A stretch of 64,000 bases of DNA from Actinomycetota bacterium (GTDB lineage Bacteria > Actinomycetota > UBA4738 > CALAEC01), in assembly GCA_050692555.1 (NCBI GenBank), contig JBOGVS010000002.1, positions 50,651-114,650 of the forward strand. The letters are read 5' to 3'. The notes under the pieces are model-generated. The model ran no database searches and was not told the origin of the DNA. It saw only the letters and a list, made by a program, of their open reading frames with translations. The number at the start of each line of letters is the position of its first letter. Position 1 is the first letter of the stretch. A program made the translations under genes and the position numbers. This document shows positions 56,544 to 64,000 of this stretch, in pieces.

Positions 56544-58815
56544 TCGACCTCCTGATCTTGTAGGGCACGCTCGAGAGCACCACCCGCGATTCGAACAACA
56601 GCATGCGCTTGATGAACAGAGCCCGGTTGTTGTGGAGCAGCCGATGCCACCACCGGGTCACGAGGAACTCGGGCAGGATCACCGCGGCCAGGGTGGACGG
56701 GTCGGTCGTGACTCGCCGGACCTCTTCGAGAAGCGGCGGCCCCAGGTCGCGGAACGGAGCCTCGACCACGTCGAGGCGGATGCCGATGCCTCGCTCTGCC
56801 CACCGCTGCAGGATCTCGGGGGCTTCCTCCGGTTCGGTGGCCAGGAAGACGGCTCTGGTCTCGTGGGCGTTCAGGCTCCGGGCGTAGTTGACGGCCCGCA
56901 CGGTGGCATCGTTGACGGAGGAGACGAACACCAGAGCTTCCACTCGCGGAGGGATCAGCGCCCGGCCGTCCACCCCCACGAGCTCCCCTTCTTGTGCCAG
57001 CACCGGCACGTCGGTCACGACCACCTGTGGCTCGGCCAGGAGCCTAACCTTCAGGCGGAACGTGACCGGCTTTACCAGAGCCCGCACAAGCGACCTCGTC
57101 GGGAAGAACTCAGGGATCACAACGGTCACGAAGTCCCCCGGGTCACGAGGGACCCGGCGAACATGCTCGATGACCGCCTCCACTCGCGATCTCCCCTCCG
57201 CCGGCTCCAGCGGCGGAAGCCCGCGACTCATCTCGGCCCAGAGCGCCTGGGCGTCCCCGATCGGCCGGTCCCCGGCGTAGACGGGGTGGACCTCGGCCGG
57301 CCGGAGCGAGCGGACGTATCCGAGGGCCTCGGCGGTGGCGGGATCGAAGTCGGTCAGCACCAGCACGACCCGGTTGAGCCCCGGATCACGGTAGTTGACG
57401 TCGTGGCGATCCAGCGCAGCGGAGACCGCCGTGTAATGCCGATTCACCTGGAGCAGGGCGGTGATCATGATCGGCAGGGCCGCGACGACCATCCAGGCTC
57501 CTTCGGCAAACCGGGTCACCACCACCACGGCGAGGACCACTCCGGTCGTGGTCGCCCCGATCCCGTTTATCATCGCGTTCCGTCGCCAGCCCGCTTCCTT
57601 GGTGCTGGCCCACCTCCGCACCATCCCGGATTGAGAAAGGGTGAACGCGGTGAACACGCCGACCAGGTAGAGCGGGATCAGGCGCGTGAGCCTTCCATCA
57701 AATGCCCACACCAGCGCTCCGGCCAGGACCGACAGCACCAGGATCCCGTTCGAGAACACCAGCCGGTCTCCGCGGTTCTTGAACTGCCCGGGCATGAAGC
57801 GATCTCGCGCCAGGATCGCCGACAGCCGGGGGAAGTCCTGGTACGCGGTGTTGGCGGCCACGATCAGGATCATGGCCGTGAACGCCTGCAGCCCGATAAA
57901 GAGCGCACCGCGACCGAAGATCGTTGCCCCGATCTGAGACAAAACCGACCGCGAGGCCACGATCTCCTCCGTGACCCGGACGTCCAGCGTCCTGGCCAGG
58001 AACGTGATCCCCAGGAACATGGAGATCGACATCACGGCCATCACCGAGAGCGTCGCCGCGGCATTCTTGCCTTGCGGCCTCCGGAAGGCCTGGACGCCGT
58101 CGGCGATGGCCTCAACCCCCGTCAGGGCGGATGATCCCTGAGTGAAGGCCTGCAACACGAGGAAGATCGTGATCGACTGCGTGGCCTCCAGAGGCAGCCC
58201 GGCGGTGGCTGCTTCCGGGCATCCGCCGACGCATCTGACGAGCCCGGTTATCACGGTCAAGCCCACCACCGCGACGAAGCCGTAGGTGGGGACGGCGAAC
58301 AACATGCCCGACTCCCGCACCCCCCGGAGGTTGACCAGCGCAATGAGGGCGATGAACCCCAACGCCAGGTTCACGCGATGCGGCGCGAGCTCGGGGACGG
58401 CTGACGTGATCGCGATTGCTCCGGCGGTCACACTGACCGCGGCGGTGACGACGTAGCCGATCAGGATGGCGGAGGCGGCCAGGAGGCCCGGGAAGGTGCC
58501 GAGGTTCTCGCGGGCCACGATGTATGAGCCACCTCCGCGAGGATATGCCCGGACGGTCTGGCGATAGGAAGTCACGACGATCAGGAGGACGGCCGCGATG
58601 GCCAGCCCGATGGGCACCATGAGAGCCAGGGCTGCCGCGCCGGCCAGCACCAGGATCAACATCATCTCCTCGGTGGCGTAGGCCACGGAAGACAGGGGAT
58701 CTGAGGAGAACACCGGCAGGGCTAACGTCTTGGGGAGGAGGTGATGTTCTGTCTTGGCGGTGGAGATCGCCCGGCCCAGAATGACCCGCTTCAGGGTGTC
58801 GCCGACGGTGGCCAC
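56530..58815 (-). CDS. APC-superfamily permease fused to two C-terminal USP-like domains; paralog 2 (Rv2690c-like position next to trkA)
   Basis: Full-length paralog of 51142..53445; the 3' ends share about 85% nucleotide identity. Divergently adjacent to the trkA pair, as M. tuberculosis Rv2690c is to ceoB/ceoC. Confidence 0.8.
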   Translation of the reverse strand: MATVGDTLKRVILGRAISTAKTEHHLLPKTLALPVFSSDPLSSVAYATEEMMLILVLAGAAALALMVPIGLAIAAVLLIVVTSYRQTVRAYPRGGGSYIVARENLGTFPGLLAASAILIGYVVTAAVSVTAGAIAITSAVPELAPHRVNLALGFIALIALVNLRGVRESGMLFAVPTYGFVAVVGLTVITGLVRCVGGCPEAATAGLPLEATQSITIFLVLQAFTQGSSALTGVEAIADGVQAFRRPQGKNAAATLSVMAVMSISMFLGITFLARTLDVRVTEEIVASRSVLSQIGATIFGRGALFIGLQAFTAMILIVAANTAYQDFPRLSAILARDRFMPGQFKNRGDRLVFSNGILVLSVLAGALVWAFDGRLTRLIPLYLVGVFTAFTLSQSGMVRRWASTKEAGWRRNAMINGIGATTTGVVLAVVVVTRFAEGAWMVVAALPIMITALLQVNRHYTAVSAALDRHDVNYRDPGLNRVVLVLTDFDPATAEALGYVRSLRPAEVHPVYAGDRPIGDAQALWAEMSRGLPPLEPAEGRSRVEAVIEHVRRVPRDPGDFVTVVIPEFFPTRSLVRALVKPVTFRLKVRLLAEPQVVVTDVPVLAQEGELVGVDGRALIPPRVEALVFVSSVNDATVRAVNYARSLNAHETRAVFLATEPEEAPEILQRWAERGIGIRLDVVEAPFRDLGPPLLEEVRRVTTDPSTLAAVILPEFLVTRWWHRLLHNNRALFIKRMLLFESRVVLSSVPYKIRRSNGSR

Positions 58816-58867
58816 CGGGAGATTCTAAGCGGGGCGGGTTCCAAACCCCCCTCACCCGCGCTAGCCT

Positions 58868-59533
58868 GTGAGATCGATGCATCTGGTGATCATGGGTTGC
58901 GGGCGGGTGGGGGCCGAACTGACCGTGCAGCTTTCCAAGGCCGGACACACCGTCTGCATCGTCGACAAGCGGAAGGAGGCCTTCGAGCGTCTCCCGCCGG
59001 GGTTCAACGCCAAGACCATCGTGGGCATCGGGTTCGACCGCGAGGTCCTGGAGGAGGCCGGGATCAAGGAGGCCGACGCGTTCATCGCCGTGTCCAACGG
59101 GGACAACTCCAACATCGTCTCGGCCCGGGTGGCCCGGGAGCACTACCGGGTCCCCAAGGTCATCGCCCGGATCTACGACCCCCGGCGAGCGGAGATCTAC
59201 GAGCGGCTGGACATCCCCACGGTGGCCACGGTCCGGTGGGCGGCCAAGCAGGTCCAGTACCTCCTGTTCCACGGCAAGGAGACCATGCGGGACACCCTGG
59301 CTGGCGGCTCCCTCCTCCACCTGGCGGTTGGGATCCCCGATCACCTGGTTGGCAAGCAGGCCGACAGCGTGCACTCAGAGGGGGAGGTGGAGGTCGTCGG
59401 GGTCGAGCGGGGCGGCGAGGGGTTCATCCCCACCCCCGACTCCACCTTCAAGGAAGGCGACGTGGCCCACTTCATCGTGCACAAAGACCACGTGGACAAG
59501 TTCGACATGCTGCTCGAACCGGTGGCCGAATGA
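58868..59533 (+). CDS. trkA: TrkA-family K+ transport regulatory protein (RCK N + C domains)
   Basis: HLVIMGCGRVGAEL Rossmann fold with a TrkA_C domain; CeoB-like. Confidence 0.85.
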   Translation: MRSMHLVIMGCGRVGAELTVQLSKAGHTVCIVDKRKEAFERLPPGFNAKTIVGIGFDREVLEEAGIKEADAFIAVSNGDNSNIVSARVAREHYRVPKVIARIYDPRRAEIYERLDIPTVATVRWAAKQVQYLLFHGKETMRDTLAGGSLLHLAVGIPDHLVGKQADSVHSEGEVEVVGVERGGEGFIPTPDSTFKEGDVAHFIVHKDHVDKFDMLLEPVAE

Positions 59534-59543
59534 AGATCGTCGC

Positions 59544-59596
59544 AAAACCCCACGTCTCTCGCTCGCTTCGCTCGCTGCGAGCCGCGGGGGCCCCAC
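59544..59596 (+). repeat. About 55-nt conserved intergenic element, copy B. Sequence: AAAACCCCACGTCTCTCGCTCGCTTCGCTCGCTGCGAGCCGCGGGGGCCCCACTCC
   Basis: About 90% identical to the reverse complement of 9964..10018. Followed by a GGTACAgggTGTACC inverted repeat. It lies between the trkA1 stop and the trkA2 start. Confidence 0.6.
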
Positions 59597-59639
59597 TCCC
59601 TGGTACAGGGTGTACCGACAGATCCCAGGGGGTGGGTCC

Positions 59640-60323
59640 TTGAGGATCGTGGTGGCCGGCGCGGGCAACATCGGCCGTTACATGGCCCACGACCTGGTGG
59701 AGCGAGGCCACGAGGTGTCGCTGATCGAGCAGGACCCCGCCATGGCCGAGCGGGCTAGCCACGACGTCGCCGAGGACGTCACTATGGTTTTGGGCGATGC
59801 CTGCGAGCCATGGGTCCTGGACAAGGCCGACGTCCGCTCCTCGGACGTGATGGTTGCCGCGACGGGCGACGACGAGGACAACCTGGTGATCTCCTTGCTC
59901 TCGAAACAGGAGTACGGCGTTCCCCGAGTGGTGGCCCGGGTCAACCACCCCAAGAACGAGTGGCTGTTCAACGAGACCTGGGGCGTCGACGTGGCCATGA
60001 GCCCACCGCACGTCCTCACCGCTCTGGTCGAGGAAGCCGTGACGGTGGGCGACCTGGTGCGGCTGTTCAAGCTGGAGCGAGGCCAGGTCACCCTGGTGGA
60101 GCTGACCATCGACGAGAACGCCCCGATGCAGGGCCGGCCCCTCTACGAGCTCCGGCTTCCTCCCGACTCCGCCATCGTGGCCATCCTCCGGGGCGGCCAC
60201 GTGGTCATCCCCCAACCCGAGACCCAGATCGTGGGCGGGGACGAGGTCATGGCCATCGCCACGCCGGAAGCCGAGGATAAGCTTCGCACCACGTTGCTCG
60301 GCCCGCCCTCGTCGAGCGGGTAG
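59640..60323 (+). CDS. trkA: TrkA-family K+ transport regulatory protein, second copy (CeoC-like)
   Basis: RIVVAGAGNIGRYMAHDLVERGHEV Rossmann fold with a TrkA_C domain. The start is probably TTG/GTG (59640 or 59648). Confidence 0.8.
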   Translation: MRIVVAGAGNIGRYMAHDLVERGHEVSLIEQDPAMAERASHDVAEDVTMVLGDACEPWVLDKADVRSSDVMVAATGDDEDNLVISLLSKQEYGVPRVVARVNHPKNEWLFNETWGVDVAMSPPHVLTALVEEAVTVGDLVRLFKLERGQVTLVELTIDENAPMQGRPLYELRLPPDSAIVAILRGGHVVIPQPETQIVGGDEVMAIATPEAEDKLRTTLLGPPSSSG

Positions 60324-60683
60324 CTACGACGCGAACTCGAACCGAGGATTGACCATCCGGTAGGAGGCGCTGTCCACGGCGATCACGCCCTCGAGGACCA
60401 CCGGGGTGCCCAGGGACAGACCGGGGATGTGGCTCCGCCCCAGCCACGCCGCGGTGACCTCGCCGGTACCGTCGGAGACCACGGCCTCCAGAGTCACCGA
60501 GCCGTTCATCGGCCGAAGGGTGAGCCTGCTCACTTGCCCGGCCACCCGGACCGGTTCCCGGCTGGGGCAGCCCTCGATCCGCCGCACGCCGGGGACGCTC
60601 TCGGCCCACGTCTTGATCTCCTCATCCAGCAGCTCCTCGTCGGACCGCCGGAAGCGATGGAGGAACCTGCTCAACCGGCCCAC
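60324..60683 (-). CDS. OB-fold nucleic-acid-binding domain protein, hypothetical
   Basis: 119-aa ORF. The C-terminal VRVAGQVSRLTLRPMNGSVTLEAVVSDGTGEVTAAWLGRSHIPGLSLGTPVVLEGV resembles tRNA_anti-like OB folds. Confidence 0.5.
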   Translation of the reverse strand: MGRLSRFLHRFRRSDEELLDEEIKTWAESVPGVRRIEGCPSREPVRVAGQVSRLTLRPMNGSVTLEAVVSDGTGEVTAAWLGRSHIPGLSLGTPVVLEGVIAVDSASYRMVNPRFEFAS

Positions 60684-60692
60684 ACCACTAGG

Positions 60693-62954
60693 CTAACTCG
60701 CCTTGGTGGTCACCGCCGCGGCTTCGGGGCTGGGCGGCCCGCTCTCCGGGACCAGCTCGGCGGTCTTGAGCCGTTTCGAGTACCAGATGGCCCCGGTCAC
60801 CACGGCCAGGGCACCCACGGCCACCACCGCCCGCACCACGCCGTCGTCGGCGAAGGAGACCACCAACGGAGCGGCCAGCAGAGCCACCAGGTTCATCACC
60901 TTGATCAGCGGGTTGAGCGCAGGCCCCGCGGTGTCCTTGAACGGGTCCCCCACCGTGTCCCCGATCACCGTGGCCTTGTGAGGCTCGGACCCCTTGCCTC
61001 CGTAGAGGCCCTCCTCGATGAGCTTCTTGGCGTTGTCCCACGCCCCACCGGCGTTCGAGAGCATCACCGCCAGCAGCTGGCCGGTGAGGATGGCACCGGC
61101 CAGGTACGCCCCCAGGGCCTCGGCCTCCAGGGCGAAGCCAACGAAGATGGGGGCCAAGACGGCCAGCAGCCCGGGCGTGAGGAGCTCGCGCAACGAGGTC
61201 CGGGTACAGATGTCCACCACCCGGCCGTAGTCCGGGGTCTCGGTCCCGTCCATGATCCCCGGGTGGTCGCGGAACTGGTTGCGAACCTCCACCACCACCT
61301 GGGCCGCGGCCCGGCCCACCGCCCGGATGGCCAGTGCGGAGAACATGAACGCGATCGACCCCCCGATCAGCAGACCGACCAGCACGTCGGGGTGGTTGAT
61401 CCGGATGTCCAGACCGCCGCCCACCGCCTGCTCGAACGATCCGAACAGTGAGGTGGCGGCGATCACCGCGGTGGCGATGGCCATCCCCTTGGTGATGGCC
61501 TTGGTGGAGTTCCCCACGGCGTCGAGACCGGCGAGGATCTCCGCGGGCTTCCCCTCGAACTCGCCGGACATCTCGGCGATCCCCTGGGCGTTGTCGGCGA
61601 CCGGACCGTAGGTGTCCATGGACACGATGACACCGACCGTTGTGAGCATCCCCATCCCGGTCAGCGAGATGAAGTACAGACGCTCGGCGGTGTTGTCCCC
61701 CAGGAGGAACGCTCCGGTCATCGTCGCCGCGATCAGCAGGATGGCGTACACGGTGGACTCCAGGCCCACCGAGAAGCCCGAGAGGATCGTGGTCGCCGCG
61801 CCGGTCTGCGAGGACGAGGCGATCTCCTGGACCGGCTTGCGCTTGGTGGACGTGAAGTGCTCGGTGATGACCTGGATCAGGGCGGCCAGGACCAGGCCCA
61901 TCACCACGGCCCAGAACACCCTGATGTCGTCGACGTACAGCGTGGCCACCACATACACCGCGGCCGCCGACAGGATGGCCGAGAGGAAGAAGCCCCGGTT
62001 GATGGCCCTCATCCCGTGCTCGGTCTCCGACCGGGGGCGCACGGCGTAGATCCCGATGATCGAGGTGATGACCCCGATGGCCCGGACGAACAGCGGGAAC
62101 ATCACGCCGACGATGGCGCCCTCCGGCGACCCTGCGAACGCCGCGGCTCCCAGGATGATCGAGGCCACCAGGGTGACCTCGTAGGACTCGAACAGGTCGG
62201 CGGCCATCCCCGCGCAGTCGCCCACGTTGTCCCCGACGTTGTCTGCGATCACCGCCGCGTTGCGGGGGTCGTCCTCCGGGATGTTCTTCTCCACTTTCCC
62301 CACCAGGTCCGCGCCCACGTCGGCGGCCTTGGTGAAGATCCCTCCGCCGACCCGCATGAACATGGCCAGGAGGGCTCCCCCGAACCCGAACCCCACCAGC
62401 ACGGAGGTGGCGTCCTCCTTGTAGATGAGGAGGATGGCCGCGGCTCCCAGGAGCCCCAGGCCCACGGTGAACATCCCGGCGACCCCACCGGTCCGGAACG
62501 CTATGGTCAGGGCTCGCCGGAGCCCCGCCTCACGGGCGGCGTTGGCCACCCGCACGTTGCCCCGCACCGCCAGCCACATCCCGGCGAAGCCGGTGACGGC
62601 CGAGAACCCCGCCCCCAGGACGAAGGCGAGGGACCGCCCGAACCGGATCGAGAAGTCGCCGGCCCGCACCGGGTCGACCGGGAGGACGAAGAACAGCGCC
62701 ACGGCCAGGATGCCCAGGAACAGCCCGACGGTCCGGAACTGGCGGTTCAGATACGCGCGACTCCCAACCTGGATGGCCTCGGCGATCTGGCGCATCTTCG
62801 GGGTGCCCTCGGGCGCCGCCAGGACCCAGCGACGGAGCACGTAGGCCACCACCAGAGCCAGGAGGGAGATCCCCAGGATGACCATCAGGGCGTTGTCTTC
62901 GAACGATCCGAAGACGGCCTCGATGGAGCCGCCTTCCTGGCCCAGCACGTGCAT
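60693..62954 (-). CDS. hppA: Membrane-bound proton/sodium-translocating pyrophosphatase
   Basis: 16-TM V-PPase. Motifs [41 protein letters not shown] and [14 protein letters not shown]. Confidence 0.9.
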   Translation of the reverse strand: MHVLGQEGGSIEAVFGSFEDNALMVILGISLLALVVAYVLRRWVLAAPEGTPKMRQIAEAIQVGSRAYLNRQFRTVGLFLGILAVALFFVLPVDPVRAGDFSIRFGRSLAFVLGAGFSAVTGFAGMWLAVRGNVRVANAAREAGLRRALTIAFRTGGVAGMFTVGLGLLGAAAILLIYKEDATSVLVGFGFGGALLAMFMRVGGGIFTKAADVGADLVGKVEKNIPEDDPRNAAVIADNVGDNVGDCAGMAADLFESYEVTLVASIILGAAAFAGSPEGAIVGVMFPLFVRAIGVITSIIGIYAVRPRSETEHGMRAINRGFFLSAILSAAAVYVVATLYVDDIRVFWAVVMGLVLAALIQVITEHFTSTKRKPVQEIASSSQTGAATTILSGFSVGLESTVYAILLIAATMTGAFLLGDNTAERLYFISLTGMGMLTTVGVIVSMDTYGPVADNAQGIAEMSGEFEGKPAEILAGLDAVGNSTKAITKGMAIATAVIAATSLFGSFEQAVGGGLDIRINHPDVLVGLLIGGSIAFMFSALAIRAVGRAAAQVVVEVRNQFRDHPGIMDGTETPDYGRVVDICTRTSLRELLTPGLLAVLAPIFVGFALEAEALGAYLAGAILTGQLLAVMLSNAGGAWDNAKKLIEEGLYGGKGSEPHKATVIGDTVGDPFKDTAGPALNPLIKVMNLVALLAAPLVVSFADDGVVRAVVAVGALAVVTGAIWYSKRLKTAELVPESGPPSPEAAAVTTKAS

Positions 62955-63004
62955 TCCGCCTTCCTCCTCGAAGGGGTGATTCGGGGTCGGCTGAGAGCCG
63001 ACGG

Positions 63005-63010
63005 ATTATA
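63005..63010 (-). promoter_or_regulatory. Perfect TATAAT -10 hexamer about 45 nt upstream of hppA
   Basis: Minus-sense sequence ...GGCTATAATCCGTCGGCTCTCAGCCGAC... lies between the antiporter stop and the hppA start. A consensus -10 box is unusual in roughly 70% GC DNA. No clear -35 is present. Confidence 0.35.
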
Positions 63011-63012
63011 GC

Positions 63013-64000
63013 CTAGCCCCTGTTGCCGGCCTCGCCTTCCTCGCCTCGTCGCACCAGAGGACCCAGGACCGGCGGGGTCGCCAGTGTGGTGACCACGGTC
63101 ATGACGATCACCACACCGAACAGGTCGGCGTCGAGGCCCAGACCCAGACCCAGTGAAGCCACGATCAGTCCCACCTCGCCGCGAGGCACCATTCCCACCC
63201 CCACGGTCAGCGCGGTCGCCCGGCCCAGTCCGGCCGAGCCCAGGTACCCTCCCGCCACCTTGGTGATCACCGCGAGGACCGTGACCGCGGCGGCCAGCCC
63301 CAGGATCGAGGGATCCCCGAACACGGTCGGGTCGAGGCGACTGCCGGTGATGGCGAAGAAGAAGGGGACCAGGAACTCGTACACGGGCTCGATCTGGGTG
63401 GCCACCTCCTCCTTGCGGAACTCGAATACCAGCCCGGCGAGAAACGCTCCGATGATCGCGGCCAGCCCGATGACCTCGGAGAGCGCGGCGAGGCCCAGGG
63501 TGAGGAGCACCGCGATCAGGAACGGTGATTCGGGGACCCCCGGGAGCCTGAGAACCCTGGACAGGCGCCGGGTGGCCCCCGGTCCCAGGAGGAGGACGAC
63601 CGCCAGGAACACGAGCACCTCGCCCACGAGGAACAGGAACGAGAAGGTGGAGAGGTCGCCAGCGGCCAGTCCGGCCACCACCGCCAGCACGATGATCGCC
63701 AGGATGTCGTCGACCACCGCCGCCCCGAGCACCACCCGGGCGGCCGTGGTCTGCACGGCGTTGAGGTCCCGCAACACCCGGGCGGTGACCCCAACGCTGG
63801 TGGCCACGATGGCAGCAGAGACGAACAAGGAGTCCACCCGGTCGTAGCCCAGCCCGAACATGAGGCCGATCCCCGCGGCGAACGGCAGCACGACCCCGAG
63901 GAACCCCGCCGACAGCGCCGCCCGCCCGACGCGCCGGAGGTCATCCAGCCGGGTCTCCAGCCCCACGGTGAACAGCAGGATGATGACGCCCAGCTCCGCC
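63013..64000 (-). CDS. Cation:proton antiporter (CPA1/CPA2, Na+/H+ or K+/H+ exchanger family); N-terminus lies outside the window
   Basis: C-terminal 317 aa show Na_H_Exchanger TM helices (LGAIIGAFLAGLVF...EPVYEFLVPFFFAITG). Confidence 0.8.
   Translation of the reverse strand, partial: AELGVIILLFTVGLETRLDDLRRVGRAALSAGFLGVVLPFAAGIGLMFGLGYDRVDSLFVSAAIVATSVGVTARVLRDLNAVQTTAARVVLGAAVVDDILAIIVLAVVAGLAAGDLSTFSFLFLVGEVLVFLAVVLLLGPGATRRLSRVLRLPGVPESPFLIAVLLTLGLAALSEVIGLAAIIGAFLAGLVFEFRKEEVATQIEPVYEFLVPFFFAITGSRLDPTVFGDPSILGLAAAVTVLAVITKVAGGYLGSAGLGRATALTVGVGMVPRGEVGLIVASLGLGLGLDADLFGVVIVMTVVTTLATPPVLGPLVRRGEEGEAGNRG

Noticed and set aside
62960-62995. Hairpin GTCGGCT-gag-AGCCGAC between the antiporter and hppA as an intrinsic terminator
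   Set aside because: On the sense (minus) strand it is followed by CCCGAATCACC, not a U-tract, and it sits downstream of the TATAAT box. It is more likely part of the hppA 5' UTR than a terminator, so it is reported only within the promoter note.

Overview
High-GC (about 70%) actinobacterial chromosomal segment of about 62 genes, mostly on the minus strand. The backbone is syntenic with the mycobacterial carD-radA ... clpC1 ... lysS-coaX-panC-folK-folB-folP ... folE-ftsH-hpt-tilS region. Three departures from that synteny stand out. (1) A roughly 12 kb accessory block sits between folP and folE. It carries an ECF sigma/anti-sigma pair, a frameshifted cyclase, a glucose-dehydrogenase/GDE-like glycosidase/6PGDH-like sugar cluster, a DM13 protein, a two-component system, a GMC oxidoreductase with a Tat small subunit, and a GNAT. 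(2) An alpha/beta hydrolase and an F420-type PNPOx-like gene are nested inside the folate operon, and an N-terminal-domain-only nadC remnant occupies the slot where mycobacteria carry panD. (3) At 51-64 kb there is a cation/K+ homeostasis island. A KdpD-like histidine kinase lacking the N-terminal KdpD/USP sensor, plus a KdpE-like regulator, is flanked by two paralogous APC-permease/tandem-USP fusion genes. One of these is preceded by a strongly SD-driven 65-aa transmembrane micro-ORF. Next come an HD phosphohydrolase, a trkA pair without trkH, a K+-type H+-pyrophosphatase and a CPA antiporter. This island is the best candidate in the window for an undescribed regulatory/transport system. Also noted: a roughly 55-nt conserved intergenic element present twice in sense orientation inside operons, an MFS-thymidylate kinase fusion, a YezD/DUF2292 micro-ORF between two sulfur ABC transporters, a histidine-rich small protein, and one tRNA-Thr. 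No CRISPR array, integrase or transposase was seen. Coordinates follow the supplied ORF track; features read by eye carry an uncertainty of +/-1-2 nt.
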